Origin: Octopus bimaculoides
Lineage: Eukaryota
NCBI RefSeq assembly: GCF_001194135.2
Contig: NC_068989.1
Coordinates: 80,848,630 to 80,912,629 of the forward strand
Direction of reading: 5' to 3'
Length of the DNA stretch: 64,000 nucleotides
Shown here: one piece after another, positions 25,336 to 37,256 of the stretch
How the letters are laid out: each line of letters begins with the position of its first letter
Numbering within the stretch: position 1 is the stretch's first letter
Notes under the pieces: generated by a model
Seen by the model: only the letters and a program-made list of their open reading frames with translations
The model's database searches: none
What the model was told of the DNA's origin: nothing
Made by a program: the position numbers and the translations under genes

Positions 25336-26246
25336 GACTAAAAGAGTGCAGGGAAATCTCCATGAGGAATGGAAAATCCAATGTTTCAGCCAGAGTTCTT
25401 CAGAGAAACACTGACAGGATTGAAATTAAAGAAACATAACAGAGTTTTACATCCCCTAACTTTGACAAACTGGCTGCAACTGAGGAGGAAGACTAGACTA
25501 CATGAGCTTTATACACAGACTAGAAGTAGTAGAAGAGAGAAAATATGGCAAGGGTGGTTCCTCCCTGTCTTGGCATCACATGATAGTTGTGAATGAGGAG
25601 CATCACTATCATCCAAATGGAGTTCTTCAGTTCCAATCTTCCATGAAAACATGTCTGGCCATGTAGAAATATTACTTGACTTAGAAACAAGTGAAGTGTT
25701 GGTGAAAGGAAAAGCATCCAGCCATAGAAAAATATGCCAGTCTGACCCATGCAATTTGGGAAAATACATGTTAAAATGGTTGCAGGAGCTACCATGACCA
25801 ATATTAATGAAACATTTATGCAATTATCTGCAACAGCAAAGTATATCACATCTCAAACAGGATAGGGTGTGTTACCTCCCAAGAAAACAAAAAACACTCA
25901 CCAGGAATAACCATTCAAGAAATTTCCATTACGCTCATAGTGTGGTTGCCCGTTCACCTTTGGAGATGACCTGTGTTCACTATTGGTACCACTGTGGTTT
26001 GTGTTATTTTCATTCATTCCCATTATCTCCTTCATGGCACCGTTGTTGTAGCGGGCTACAATCTGTTCTCCTTCAGGGCGGAGTCGTGTGGAAGGAGGGA
26101 TTTCGTCCCAACTGTTCAGTAGAGATTTAAAAAATATATAAATATATCGTAGAAATATTTGAATAAGACAAAAGTATGTAAAATAAGAAAACAAAAGAAA
26201 GTAATTATTGAGAGAGGAAAGTAATTATTGAGATAGGAAAATAATT

Positions 26247-26290
<44 letters not shown>

Positions 26291-27567
26291 CTGCGGATTT
26301 AACCCTTTTACTGCAGAAATAAAAATATACCCACTCAAAATTTCATTACCCTGAACTGTGGAAAGCAGTTTTATAAATCAATCAATCTTTTGTTGAGGAA
26401 TGTCATATTTGAAACCAGTTTCTGTTCAGATATGTCAAGTTTATTGAGGCAACATCACTTGCAGACAATACCAATTCTATTTTTGAGTTGGACGATTTGA
26501 CTGAGGACTGGCAAACCAGAAGGCTACACCAGGCTCCAATCTGATCTGGCAGAGTTTCTACAGCTGGATGCCCTTCCTAACACCAACCACTCCGAGAGTG
26601 TAGTGGGTGCTTTTACGTGCCACCGGCACAAGGGCCAGTCACATGGTACTGGCAACGACCACGCTCAAAAAGGTGTTTTTTACGTACCACCTGCACGGGA
26701 GCCAGTCCAGCGGCACTGGCAACAACATCGCTCGAATGATTTTCTAATTAGCCACCAGCACAAGTGCTAGAAGGCAACAACCATGAAATTTAATTTCACA
26801 AGTAAAGACAATTTTGTGTTTCGTTTTCTTTTGTTGCTCCCATCATTAATCTTCAAGGACTTCCAATATACATTTTATAGATATTTCATCCACAAAAAAA
26901 CGGGTGAAAAGCAAAGCAGATCTGAGGAGGATTTGAACAAAAGCATCAAAAGATGTTTTTTTTACACTTGACACCCAAACAATCCTGCTATCCACCCCTC
27001 GCGTTACATATCAATATTTGAACATCAAGTCTTAGGGAGTTTCTATGTAGTCACATGATCAGCTAGATATATAAACAGCAGCCAAAAGTTTCTTAAATCA
27101 TCTACCCACGTACACTGACTTATAAAAAGACACATTGTTTTCTTTCCTCACACTGGGGTGAGGCAGATCTGTACCAAACAGCAAATATGCCAATGTACTA
27201 CTATTCTGCAATACCACATGCAAGTCCCATGCTTTAACCCTCCTGTAACCATATTTCTGTTGAAATACACAGCCTTTTGTTTCAATTCTGAAAATAATGA
27301 CAAATTTAGTAAAAGAAGCTTGTAATTAATAAGATGATGTACGGAATATAATTTTGATGGAAAGTTTGAATTTAGATCATCTAGATCAGTTTTAATTTAT
27401 ACATTACAATTGATTAATTGAACACATCTGACCTTGACCTAAACACTTTTCCTCTCATACATAGAGAAATATGTTCACACACATAAACAGAGAGTGAGAG
27501 AGAGAGGAGGAGAGAGAAAAGGAGGGAGAAAGAGAAAGGGAAACATTAAAACGTCTGATGTCAAATA

Positions 27568-27949
27568 GTGGCACTCCGTCAGTTACGACGACAAGGGTTC
27601 CAGTTGATCCAATCAGTGGAACAGCCTGCTCGTGAAATTAACGTGCAAGTGGCTGAGCACTCCACAGACACGAGTACACTTGACGTAGTTCTCAGGGATA
27701 TTCAGCGTGACACAGAGTGTGACAAGGCTGGCCCTTTGAAACACAGGTATAACAGAAACAGGAAGAAAGAGTGAGAGAAAGTTGTGGTGAAAGAGTACAG
27801 CAGGGTTCGCCACCATCCCCTGCCGGAGCCTCGTGGAGCTTTAGGTGTTTTCGCTCAATAAACACTCACAACGCCCGGTCTGGGAATCGAATCTGTGATC
27901 CTACAACCGCGAGTCTGCTGCCCTAACCACTGGGCCATTGTCCCTCCAC
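27568..27949 (-). mobile_element. SINE family C with TSD
   Basis: 12-bp TSD TGATGTCAAATA at 27556-27567 and 27950-27961. Confidence 0.92.
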
Positions 27950-28654
27950 TGATGTCAAATAAGTCAGCATTGAACTTCCAAATGAAAGGGGCTAAAATAT
28001 TTGGACCAAAACATTTCATACCCCTTGAACACTGCCCTTCTCTTTTAATATGAAATGGAAAAAAATTTCTAAATGTAAGATTCAGTATTTTGTTATAGTG
28101 ATTTCAAGTGGCAACAGAAGGATAATGGAAAAGACAAGAGAAAAATAGTGATAGATAAATAAATAAATAAATAAATAAATAGACAGGAGGGAAGGAGAGG
28201 GGTTCAATATAAGACAACAAACATTGAGATGAAATAAAGTAAACAAGTAGCTGAAAGTCCATTCCTGCTCAAATTTTGTCTGGAATCTTCATCTTAGTAG
28301 TGTTGAATGTTGTTGCTTATAATAGTTCAAAGAATCCTGTTTTTCTTGGCTTCAAAGAACTACAACCTTTTAAAGCAAAAATGAACATATTTTGTGGGGA
28401 GAAGAAAGAAAGAGGATGTACACACACACACAATATGTATATACAGACAGAAAGTGTGAAACATTACAATTTAACTGAACATGATTGACACAAAGATTTT
28501 ATGTGTGTGTTTGTGTGCATGTTTTTGTCCCCATCCTACCACTGGTATAGGTTTGATAGAAGTCACTAGCCCAAGGTGCCATGCAACGGGACTGAACTTG
28601 AAACCTTGTGGTTGGGAAGCAAGCTTAACAAACGCACACACAAGCATTGAACCA

Positions 28655-29083
28655 AATTCAATGACTGGCACCCGTGCCAGTGCAGCGCTAACAGCACCAT
28701 CCGAGCGGGATCACTGCCAGAGCAGCGGTCTCACTTTGGTGCCGGTGGCACGTAAAAAGCACCATTTGAGCACGATCATTTCCAGCTTCACCTTACTGGC
28801 ACTTGTGCCGGTGGCATGTGAACAAAACATTGGACTGACTCCTGTGCAGGTGGCTTATAAAAAACACCAGTTGAGCGTGGCCGTTGTCAGTACCGCTGGA
28901 CTGGCCCTTATGCCGGTGACACATAAAAAGCACACGCTACACTCTGAGAGTGGTTGGCGTTAGGAAGGGCATCCAGCTGTAGAAACTCTGCCAGATCAGA
29001 TTGGAGCCTGGTGTAGCCATCTGGTTTGCCAGTCCCCAGTCAAATCATCCAACCCATGCTAGCACGGAAAGCGAATGTTAAAC

Positions 29084-29110
<27 letters not shown>
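28655..29110 (+). mobile_element. SINE tail module F ending in (GAT)n, with internal minisatellite-like units
   Basis: ggagtggttggcgttaggaagggcatccagctgtagaaac..catgctagcatggaaagcggacgttaaac(gat)n. Other copies at about 2443-2655(-), 4657-4808(+), 26485-26760(-), 31010-31290(+), 40615-40790(-) and 61855-62120(-). Confidence 0.8.
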
Positions 29111-29115
<5 letters not shown>

Positions 29116-32100
29116 TTGATCAAACTAGAGCCATAGTAAAAACACACTTGTGCAATGTGCTCCACAGTGAGACCAAGCATAAACCCACATGGTTTCAAAG
29201 CAAATTAAGAAACCACACAGCTATGCCTTCCTCAATATGTATAATGGATTTACAGTCTTCTTGCAAAGGTTTGTAGAGACGGTACTGCAACAACAAAACA
29301 AAAAGTGGTATGTTTCACTTAATTCTCCTCTCACTCTTTCCCTCACTCCTCCCTGCCCTCTTTCTGTCTGTCTCTCTCTCTCTCATACACACAGAATACA
29401 AGCCCTCAATCACAGATGTCAAAATGAGAAAAGCTATTTTGTTGATAGGCCCCCTGGCGTGAAAAATATTAAATGAACTCCTACCCTACTTTAAAATAAA
29501 TGAAGTAAAAGTTTCTTCAACAGGAAGTTGAAAATAATTGAGTAGTTCTTATATTTATCACTTGGAAAGTGGCGAGCTGGCAGAACCGTTACCACGCCGG
29601 GCAAAAAGTGGTGTCTCATGTGTCTTTACATTCTGAGTTCAAATTCCACTGAGGTCGACTTTGCCTTTCATCTTTTCAGGGTCTATAAATTAAGTACCAG
29701 TTGCATCAAATTAGCAGAATCATTAGCACACTGAGCTAAGCATTTTGCTCATCTTTACATTCTGAGTTCAAATTCAGTCGAGGTCAACTTTTGCCTTTCA
29801 TCCTGTTGGGGAGCCAATAAACTAAGTACCAGTCAAGCACTGGGGTCAATATAATTGCTGAAATTACTGACCTTGTGCCAAAATTTGAAACTGGTATTTA
29901 TCACATAGAAAATGAAAAAAAGAAAGGAAAAAAAAAACAGCCCATTAGAAAGAAACTGGTTTTTTATATAGCTGCAAGCATGGCTGAATGGTTAAGAAGC
30001 TCATATCCCATCCCATGTGGTATTGTGTTCAGTCCCACTGTGCGACACGTTGGGCAAGAGTCTTCTATTATAGCTCTAGTCCAACCAAAGCCTTGTGAGT
30101 GGATTTGTATGACAGAAACTGAAAGAAGCACATCTTCACATCACACGATGGTCATAAAAAAGCATTATCATCATACAGCTGATGTTGTCTGCTTCCTGTC
30201 TTCTATGAAATACATCTGGAAAACAGGTGAGGGTTGGCAACAGGAAGTGCATCCAGCCATAGAAAATTTGCCTTAACAAATTCCACCTGATCCAAGCAAG
30301 CATGGAAAAATGGACATTAAAATGAAGATGATGGCGGTGGTGATAATGATGATGATGATGATGATGATGATAACGAATGAAGGAGCTTCTATATTGCTAC
30401 TTGATTGGTTAAAAATAGTAGTTAAACCACTCTCAAACTACACCCCATTATTTTAAAAATTTAGAGTCACAGCTGCAATACCTTTTTTGCTCACAATACT
30501 GTAATGTCCTGGTATGTAATATAGTAAGCTATGAAACTTTGATCAACTGATCTTATTCAAGTAATTGGAGGACAAAAACTACTTCTACTCGAGTGTTTAA
30601 AATTTAAACTCAACAAAGGAAATAACTCCAATAAGGCCAATTGACTTACATTTTTGGACGATTTGAGAATGGATCCGATCTTCAAAGCAAATTGCTGACA
30701 GCAACAGAGATGTTTTGGTTCTGCTGCTCAACCCTGAAACTAGTCTGTAGATGCCAGACAAGCAAGGGGAAGCAGCTGACCTCCCCTGTTCGAAGGTTAT
30801 AATGGACACAGGTTCGTGTGTCACATAGCTAGCTAGAGGCGATGGCCTCTTCGAGCTAATCAATGGCAGCATTCGTCCTATTTTTCTGGACTGCCATGTT
30901 AGCTTGGCAATAACTATTAATATATATAAATATATATATATCCTTATGAAGGAGATGACAGAGGACTCAGATATGTGGTGCATTGCTGTACTCAAAAAGA
31001 CCTGCTCGCCACAACAGAATTGGGACCCTAAAACCAAGGTGCCATGTAAAAAGCACAGGTGCTGGTGCCACGTAAAAGGTACTGGTGATGGTGCCACATA
31101 GAAAGCACCCAGTACACTCTGTATAGTGATTGGCATTAGGAAGGGCATCCAGCTGTAGAAACCAAGCCAAAACAGACAACAGAACCTGGTGGGGCCCCTG
31201 GTCTTGCAAATTCCTGTCAAGTTATCAAACCCATGCCAGCATGGAAAATGGATATTGAATGATGATGATTGATGAGTGATGAGTGATGATGATATTTCCT
31301 TAGCAAAGCATATTCTGTACAGCAAGTGATTCCAATAACATGGTTTTAAGTTTAGTCCCAATGCACGAAACTCTGGGCATGTATTTTGTATCATAGCCCT
31401 GGGTCAACCAAAGCCTTGTGAATGGATTTGGGAGAAGAAAACTGAAAGAAGCCAGTCATGTGTGTGCATCCCTCTCTCTCTCTCTCTCTCTCTCTACCAC
31501 TGTCTAAACATCAGATGATGATTGTAAATGATCATCATTGTCATACAAGTAAGATTGCTTGCTTCTAGTCTTCCACGAAAACATACCCAGCTTCAGGAAA
31601 ATATTACCTTGCTTGGAAACGGGCAATGGTTGGCAACAAGGACATTTGGCCATAGAAAAGCTATCAAAGCATCCGACAGGTGTCATCATGGAAAACAAAT
31701 GTTAAACAATGACAGTGATGACGACAAAGTTGAAACATAAAAATATTTTGTTAGTGAATATGCCAATATAAGTTAAAGCAAATTATTGCTTTTATTGCAA
31801 TTTTTTACATAATGTTTTACATAGTCTGCATTCCCATTTTCTTTGATTCTTTTACTAACCTACTTCATTTTTGTATCACAGTATAGTAAATATGTACCAC
31901 AAGAGTAACGCTTTGTAATAAAGAAACCAAATAAGCATGAACTAATTCTATGTAAGTTATATCAGTGTCAGTCACATAGTATAATACAAGTATTATTTTG
32001 CCTTTTACCCTAGGCTGCACTTAGTCAAAAACAATTTGCTATTTTGGTGCCTGTCTGCTCCCAAGCTTGCTAGAAATATCAAGGTTCAATAAAGACATCA

Positions 32101-32124
32101 CAATTTCATGTGCACATAAGGTGT

Positions 32125-32311
32125 AGGTAGCCTGCGTGGTTAAAAAAGCTTGCTTCATGATCATATGGTTTCAGGTTCAGTTCCATTGTGTGGAACATTG
32201 GGTAAGCATTTTCTACTATAACTCCAGGTCAGTTGATGCTTTGTAAGTAAGTGAATTTGTAAGGTGGAATCTGTAGGGACGCCTATCATAGTGTGTGCGT
32301 GTGTATGTGTA

Positions 32312-32347
<36 letters not shown>

Positions 32348-33055
32348 TGTTTCACCACCACTTGACAACTGGTGCTGGTTTATCTATGTCCACCTAACAT
32401 AGTAGTTTGGCAAAAGAAACTGAGAAAACAAGTACCAGACTTAAACATTAGAACTAGGGTCAATTTGTTTTGACTAAAACCTTCATGATGGTGTCCCAAT
32501 ATGGCCACAGTTCAATGGCTGATACACAGAGAGTCACAATGTAACTCCAAAATCACAGAAGTTCAGTTCGTGTTCCACCCTCAGTCCGCCACAACCAAGA
32601 ATATAAGTAGTTTAATGCTAAAGGGTTAAATAGCTAGTTGAAGGGCTGGCTTTTCTGTTTCTTCAATTGTAGGCGCAGGTGTGGCAAGAAGCTTGCTTCC
32701 CAACCACGTGGTTCTGGGTCAAGTCCTATTGCTTGGCACCTTGGGTAAGTGTCTTCTACTATAGCCTTGGGCCAACCAAAGCCTTGTGAGTGCATTTGGT
32801 AGACAAAAACTAAAAGAAGTCGATTCTGTGTGTGTATGTGAGTGTGAGTTTGTCCACCACCACCACCACTTAACAATTGGTATTGGTGAGTTTACATCCC
32901 CATGACTTAGCAGTTCAGCCATAGAAACTGATAGAATAAGTACCAGGCTTGAAAAACAAAGTACTGGGGTCGATCCATTTGACTAAAAAGTCTTCAAGGC
33001 AATGCCCCAGCATGGCCACAGTCTAATGCCTCAAACAAATAAAAAATAAAAAGGT
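32125..33055 (+). mobile_element. Two older family-B SINEs in tandem
   Basis: Copies at about 32125-32525 and 32668-33055. Many further fragments lie elsewhere (about 7235, 14330, 24900, 29970, 37855, 41430, 54205, 58435, 59020, 59380). Confidence 0.75.
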
Positions 33056-33709
33056 AAAAGCTAGTATGTCCAAAAACCCAATACAATTTACTGCTACCCT
33101 AATTAACATAAATGTGGACATTAGTCAAACAGGATATAAACAAAAAAAGAAAGAAGGAGTGTTTGTATGTGTTCAGTATTGTTATTGTATTGGTTGTTTC
33201 AGGTGGTGACAGGTCTAGCTATTGTATGTTTACTACATCAATATGTATGAGATAAATATCTTTATTTGAATAATGGTGTGTATATATATGTGTATATATA
33301 CTTGTGGATGACAAAGATGGAGTAATGATACCAAGGAGAAGATTTGGAAGGCCCTGGTAGACTGCACAGTAGTAGCACAAATCTGCTGTGTGAGGTGAAC
33401 AGTGAGGGTTACTTCTGAGTATATGAAATCCCCAGACACTGAGGATGGGAACCACTCATCATTGTACAAGAAGGGTTGATCATTTCCAGTCTTTCTTCCA
33501 TGCGTAAGTACTGGTAGAACAGCATATATAGGATAAAATCCTTACAGTGCAGAAAAATCTGTGGTTGCTGACAAATTTTTCTGCTCTGTGAGGATTTTAT
33601 CTTATATATACTGTTCTATCAGTACTTACGTGTGGAAAAATATCTTTCTACTCATTCTACACTACATTTCAGCACTTCAAAAACAAACTTATGTTTGTTT
33701 ACATATGAC

Positions 33710-33712
<3 letters not shown>

Positions 33713-33760
<48 letters not shown>
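33713..33760. repeat. (TA)n microsatellite running into a gap
   Basis: Seen directly. TA repeats continue on the other side of the gap. Confidence 0.97.
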
Positions 33761-34528
33761 NNNNNNNNNNNNNNNNNNNNNNNNNNNNNNNNNNNNNNNN
33801 NNNNNNNNNNNNNNNNNNNNNNNNNNNNNNNNNNNNNNNNNNNNNNNNNNNNNNNNNNNNNNNNNNNNNNNNNNNNNNNNNNNNNNNNNNNNNNNNNNNN
33901 NNNNNNNNNNNNNNNNNNNNNNNNNNNNNNNNNNNNNNNNNNNNNNNNNNNNNNNNNNNNNNNNNNNNNNNNNNNNNNNNNNNNNNNNNNNNNNNNNNNN
34001 NNNNNNNNNNNNNNNNNNNNNNNNNNNNNNNNNNNNNNNNNNNNNNNNNNNNNNNNNNNNNNNNNNNNNNNNNNNNNNNNNNNNNNNNNNNNNNNNNNNN
34101 NNNNNNNNNNNNNNNNNNNNNNNNNNNNNNNNNNNNNNNNNNNNNNNNNNNNNNNNNNNNNNNNNNNNNNNNNNNNNNNNNNNNNNNNNNNNNNNNNNNN
34201 NNNNNNNNNNNNNNNNNNNNNNNNNNNNNNNNNNNNNNNNNNNNNNNNNNNNNNNNNNNNNNNNNNNNNNNNNNNNNNNNNNNNNNNNNNNNNNNNNNNN
34301 NNNNNNNNNNNNNNNNNNNNNNNNNNNNNNNNNNNNNNNNNNNNNNNNNNNNNNNNNNNNNNNNNNNNNNNNNNNNNNNNNNNNNNNNNNNNNNNNNNNN
34401 NNNNNNNNNNNNNNNNNNNNNNNNNNNNNNNNNNNNNNNNNNNNNNNNNNNNNNNNNNNNNNNNNNNNNNNNNNNNNNNNNNNNNNNNNNNNNNNNNNNN
34501 NNNNNNNNNNNNNNNNNNNNNNNNNNNN
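33761..34528. other. Assembly gap
   Basis: N run. Confidence 1.
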
Positions 34529-34560
<32 letters not shown>

Positions 34561-35245
34561 GCAATAAGAAAATGGAGGGGACTATGTGGTACTCATCAAC
34601 TTGCAGACATTGTATTATGTCAATTTACCTATTTATTTTTCAACAAAGAGGACAATAAAAACAATAAACAAACACATATGACATATTATGTTATATCAGT
34701 AATTAAAAATTAAAAAGGACATCTAGTGACCGAAGAAGGGACTATGTCATATTTAGCTATGAGAAAATATTACCATAATTGGAAACAAGTGAGGATTGAT
34801 AACAGGAAAACATCCAGTCAGACAAATTCTGCCTCAGCAAAATCTGGCCCATGCAAACAGAGAAAAGTGGACGTTAAACGAGGATTGCAAACAAACACAC
34901 AGACACATGTATCAACCTTTTACATGCTGGCATGGGTTGGATGGATCTCAGCATCACGCCATCTGTCTGACGCAGTTCTTAGTCATCTAGTATGCATACA
35001 CAAAATAGAGAAAATCTGCCAATTTGAGTGAATGTGTGAGTGCAGGAAGTTAAATGAATCAACTTCAGTGTTTCACTTGTGGTTTTTCTTGTGGCTGCTT
35101 TTTTCTTTCTTTTTTTTTTTTTGTAACCATGGCAATATACAAACCCAAAATGTCGAGATAAAACTAAATATGAATGGCACGTCAATAGGCTTGCCAACTC
35201 ATTCATTTATTTTTACGTCTTTTTCCATGCTAGCATGGATTAGAT

Positions 35246-35473
35246 CAGGGGTTTTCAAACTGTGGTCCGCAAGGACAAGACAGGGGGTCCGTGGACAGCA
35301 AATACTTTTTATGGGCAATTTGATTTTGTATATGTTTTTTAATCAAAATCTTTAATCGAAATGTAAAAATATGTTATTTTAAGCAAATATTTATGTATAA
35401 ATTTCATAAGCGTTTATAAGGTAAAGCCTGAAATATAAAGGGGTACGCAAGTCAAAAAGTTTGAAAACCCCTG
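35246..35473. mobile_element. hAT-type MITE, 228 bp, nested in a SINE tail
   Basis: Perfect 15-bp TIRs CAGGGGTTTTCAAAC / GTTTGAAAACCCCTG. Perfect 8-bp TSD GATTAGAT at 35238-35245 and 35474-35481. Confidence 0.92.
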
Positions 35474-36167
35474 GATTAGATGAATATATTATTGAGGCAC
35501 TGTTTATAGCCAGATGCCTTTCCTGTCACTCAACCGTAACTACTTTTCAAATAAGGAACACCTTATTTAATATGTCTTCCAAGTAAGCAGATGATCTGTT
35601 GGCAAAGTGACAGCAACAATGCCCATAACTCACAACTTTCATAGAGCTGTGTATGTGCTTGTGTTTGCATATACCCTTGTCTAGATATCACATGACTTTT
35701 GTAAATAACAATAAAGGTTCAATACAACCCAGCCTGAAGAAACAGCTAAACACTTTAAGAATACCTTACCATCTTAGTGTGCTGCAAAAATCGTCTTTAC
35801 TTACAAACTGCACACATACTGGTATAAAGTACTGTCTGTCTGAGGTCCATGTAGTGACATGACAGAGCGCAAAATCCCTGGTAAACACAATATCTTCGAT
35901 ATACATCACGATATTGGATACTGTGTGATGACTTCAATAATAATAATAATAATAATCTTTTCTATTATAAGCAAAAGGCCTGAAATATTAAAGAGGGGCC
36001 TAGTACTTGACTGGTACTTATTTTATTGATCCCCCAAAAGGAGGAGAACAACGATAATAATTTTGCGGGAAGAGACCCTGTGAGACCCCTGATAACAGAT
36101 TGCTGTCCACTCTCACAGAATCAACCGGACCAAGTAAGACTGAGAACTCTGAGAAAAAAAAGAAAAA

Positions 36168-36841
36168 AAATGCTTTCAAATTTTGGCACAAGGCCAGCAA
36201 TTTCAGAGAAGGGGGTAAGTCGAGTACATCAACCCCGGCACTCAACTGGTACTTTTGACCCTGAAAGTCGACTTTGGCGAAATTTGAACTCATAATGTAA
36301 AGGCAGATGAAATGCCACAAAGCATTTCGCCCAGCATGCTAACGGTTTTGCCAGCTCACTGCCTTCTTAATAATAAATACTAATAATAATAATAATAATC
36401 CTTTTTAGTGGAAGCACACGGCCTCAAATTTGGGGGGGGGGGAGGAGATTGGTCGATTAGATCGACCCCCAGTATTCAACTGGTACTTAATTTATTGACC
36501 CCGAAAGGATGTAAGGTGAAGTCGACCTCAGCAGAATTTGAACTCAAAACATAGCAGCAGACAAAATACTGCTAAGCATTTCGCCCATCATGCTAACGAT
36601 TCTGTCAGCTTGCCACTGACGACGATAATCCTTTCTTCTTTAGGCACAGGGCTTGAAATCTGGGGTGGGGGCTAGTTGATTACATCAACTCCAGTGGTCA
36701 GCTGGTACTTATTTTATCAACCCCGAAAAGGATGAATGGCAAAGTCAACCCTTGGCAGAATTTGAACTCAGAATGTACAGATGGACAAAATGCCACTAAA
36801 CATTTGTCCATCATGCAAATGATTCCGCCAGCTCACCACCG
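36168..36841 (-). mobile_element. Cluster of three family-A SINEs separated by (TAA)n-like spacers
   Basis: Copies at about 36168-36365, 36400-36617 and 36628-36841. Confidence 0.85.
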
Positions 36842-36868
36842 TAATTATAATATTAAATAAGACACATT

Positions 36869-37256
36869 AAGGCGGCGAGCTGGCAGAAACGTTAGCACGC
36901 CGGGCGAAAGGCTTATCAGTATTTCGTCTGCTGTTACGTTCTGAGTTCAAATTCCGCCGAGGTCGACTTTGCCTTTCATCCTTTCGGGGTCGATTAAATA
37001 AGTACCAGTTACGCACTGGGGTCGATGTAATCGACCTACCCTCTTTGTCTGTCCCCTCTATGTTTAGCCCCCTGTGGGCAGTAAAGAAATAGGTATTTCG
37101 TCCATCTTTACATTCTGGGTTCAAACGCCACCAGGGTCGACTTTGCCTTTCATCCTTTCAGGGTCAATAAACCAACTACCAGTTACACACTGGGATCAAT
37201 GTAATCGACTCATCCCCTCCCCAAAAATTTCAGGCCTTGTGCCAATAGTAGAAAGG
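36869..37256 (+). mobile_element. Dimeric family-A SINE with TSD
   Basis: 17-bp TSD ATTAAATAAGACACATT at 36852-36868 and 37257-37273 encloses head, body, linker and a second body. Confidence 0.88.

Noticed and set aside
30597-31394. 265-aa minus-strand ORF
   Set aside because: The N-terminal two thirds are SINE head and tail-F sequence. The peptide has no recognisable motifs, so this is a chance read-through.
33233-33530. Open minus-strand frame (..DQPFLYNDEWFPSSVSGDFIYSEV..) and a plus-strand GTAAGT at about 33503
   Set aside because: Splice phases are incompatible with the host gene, signals are weak, and there is no recognisable protein similarity.
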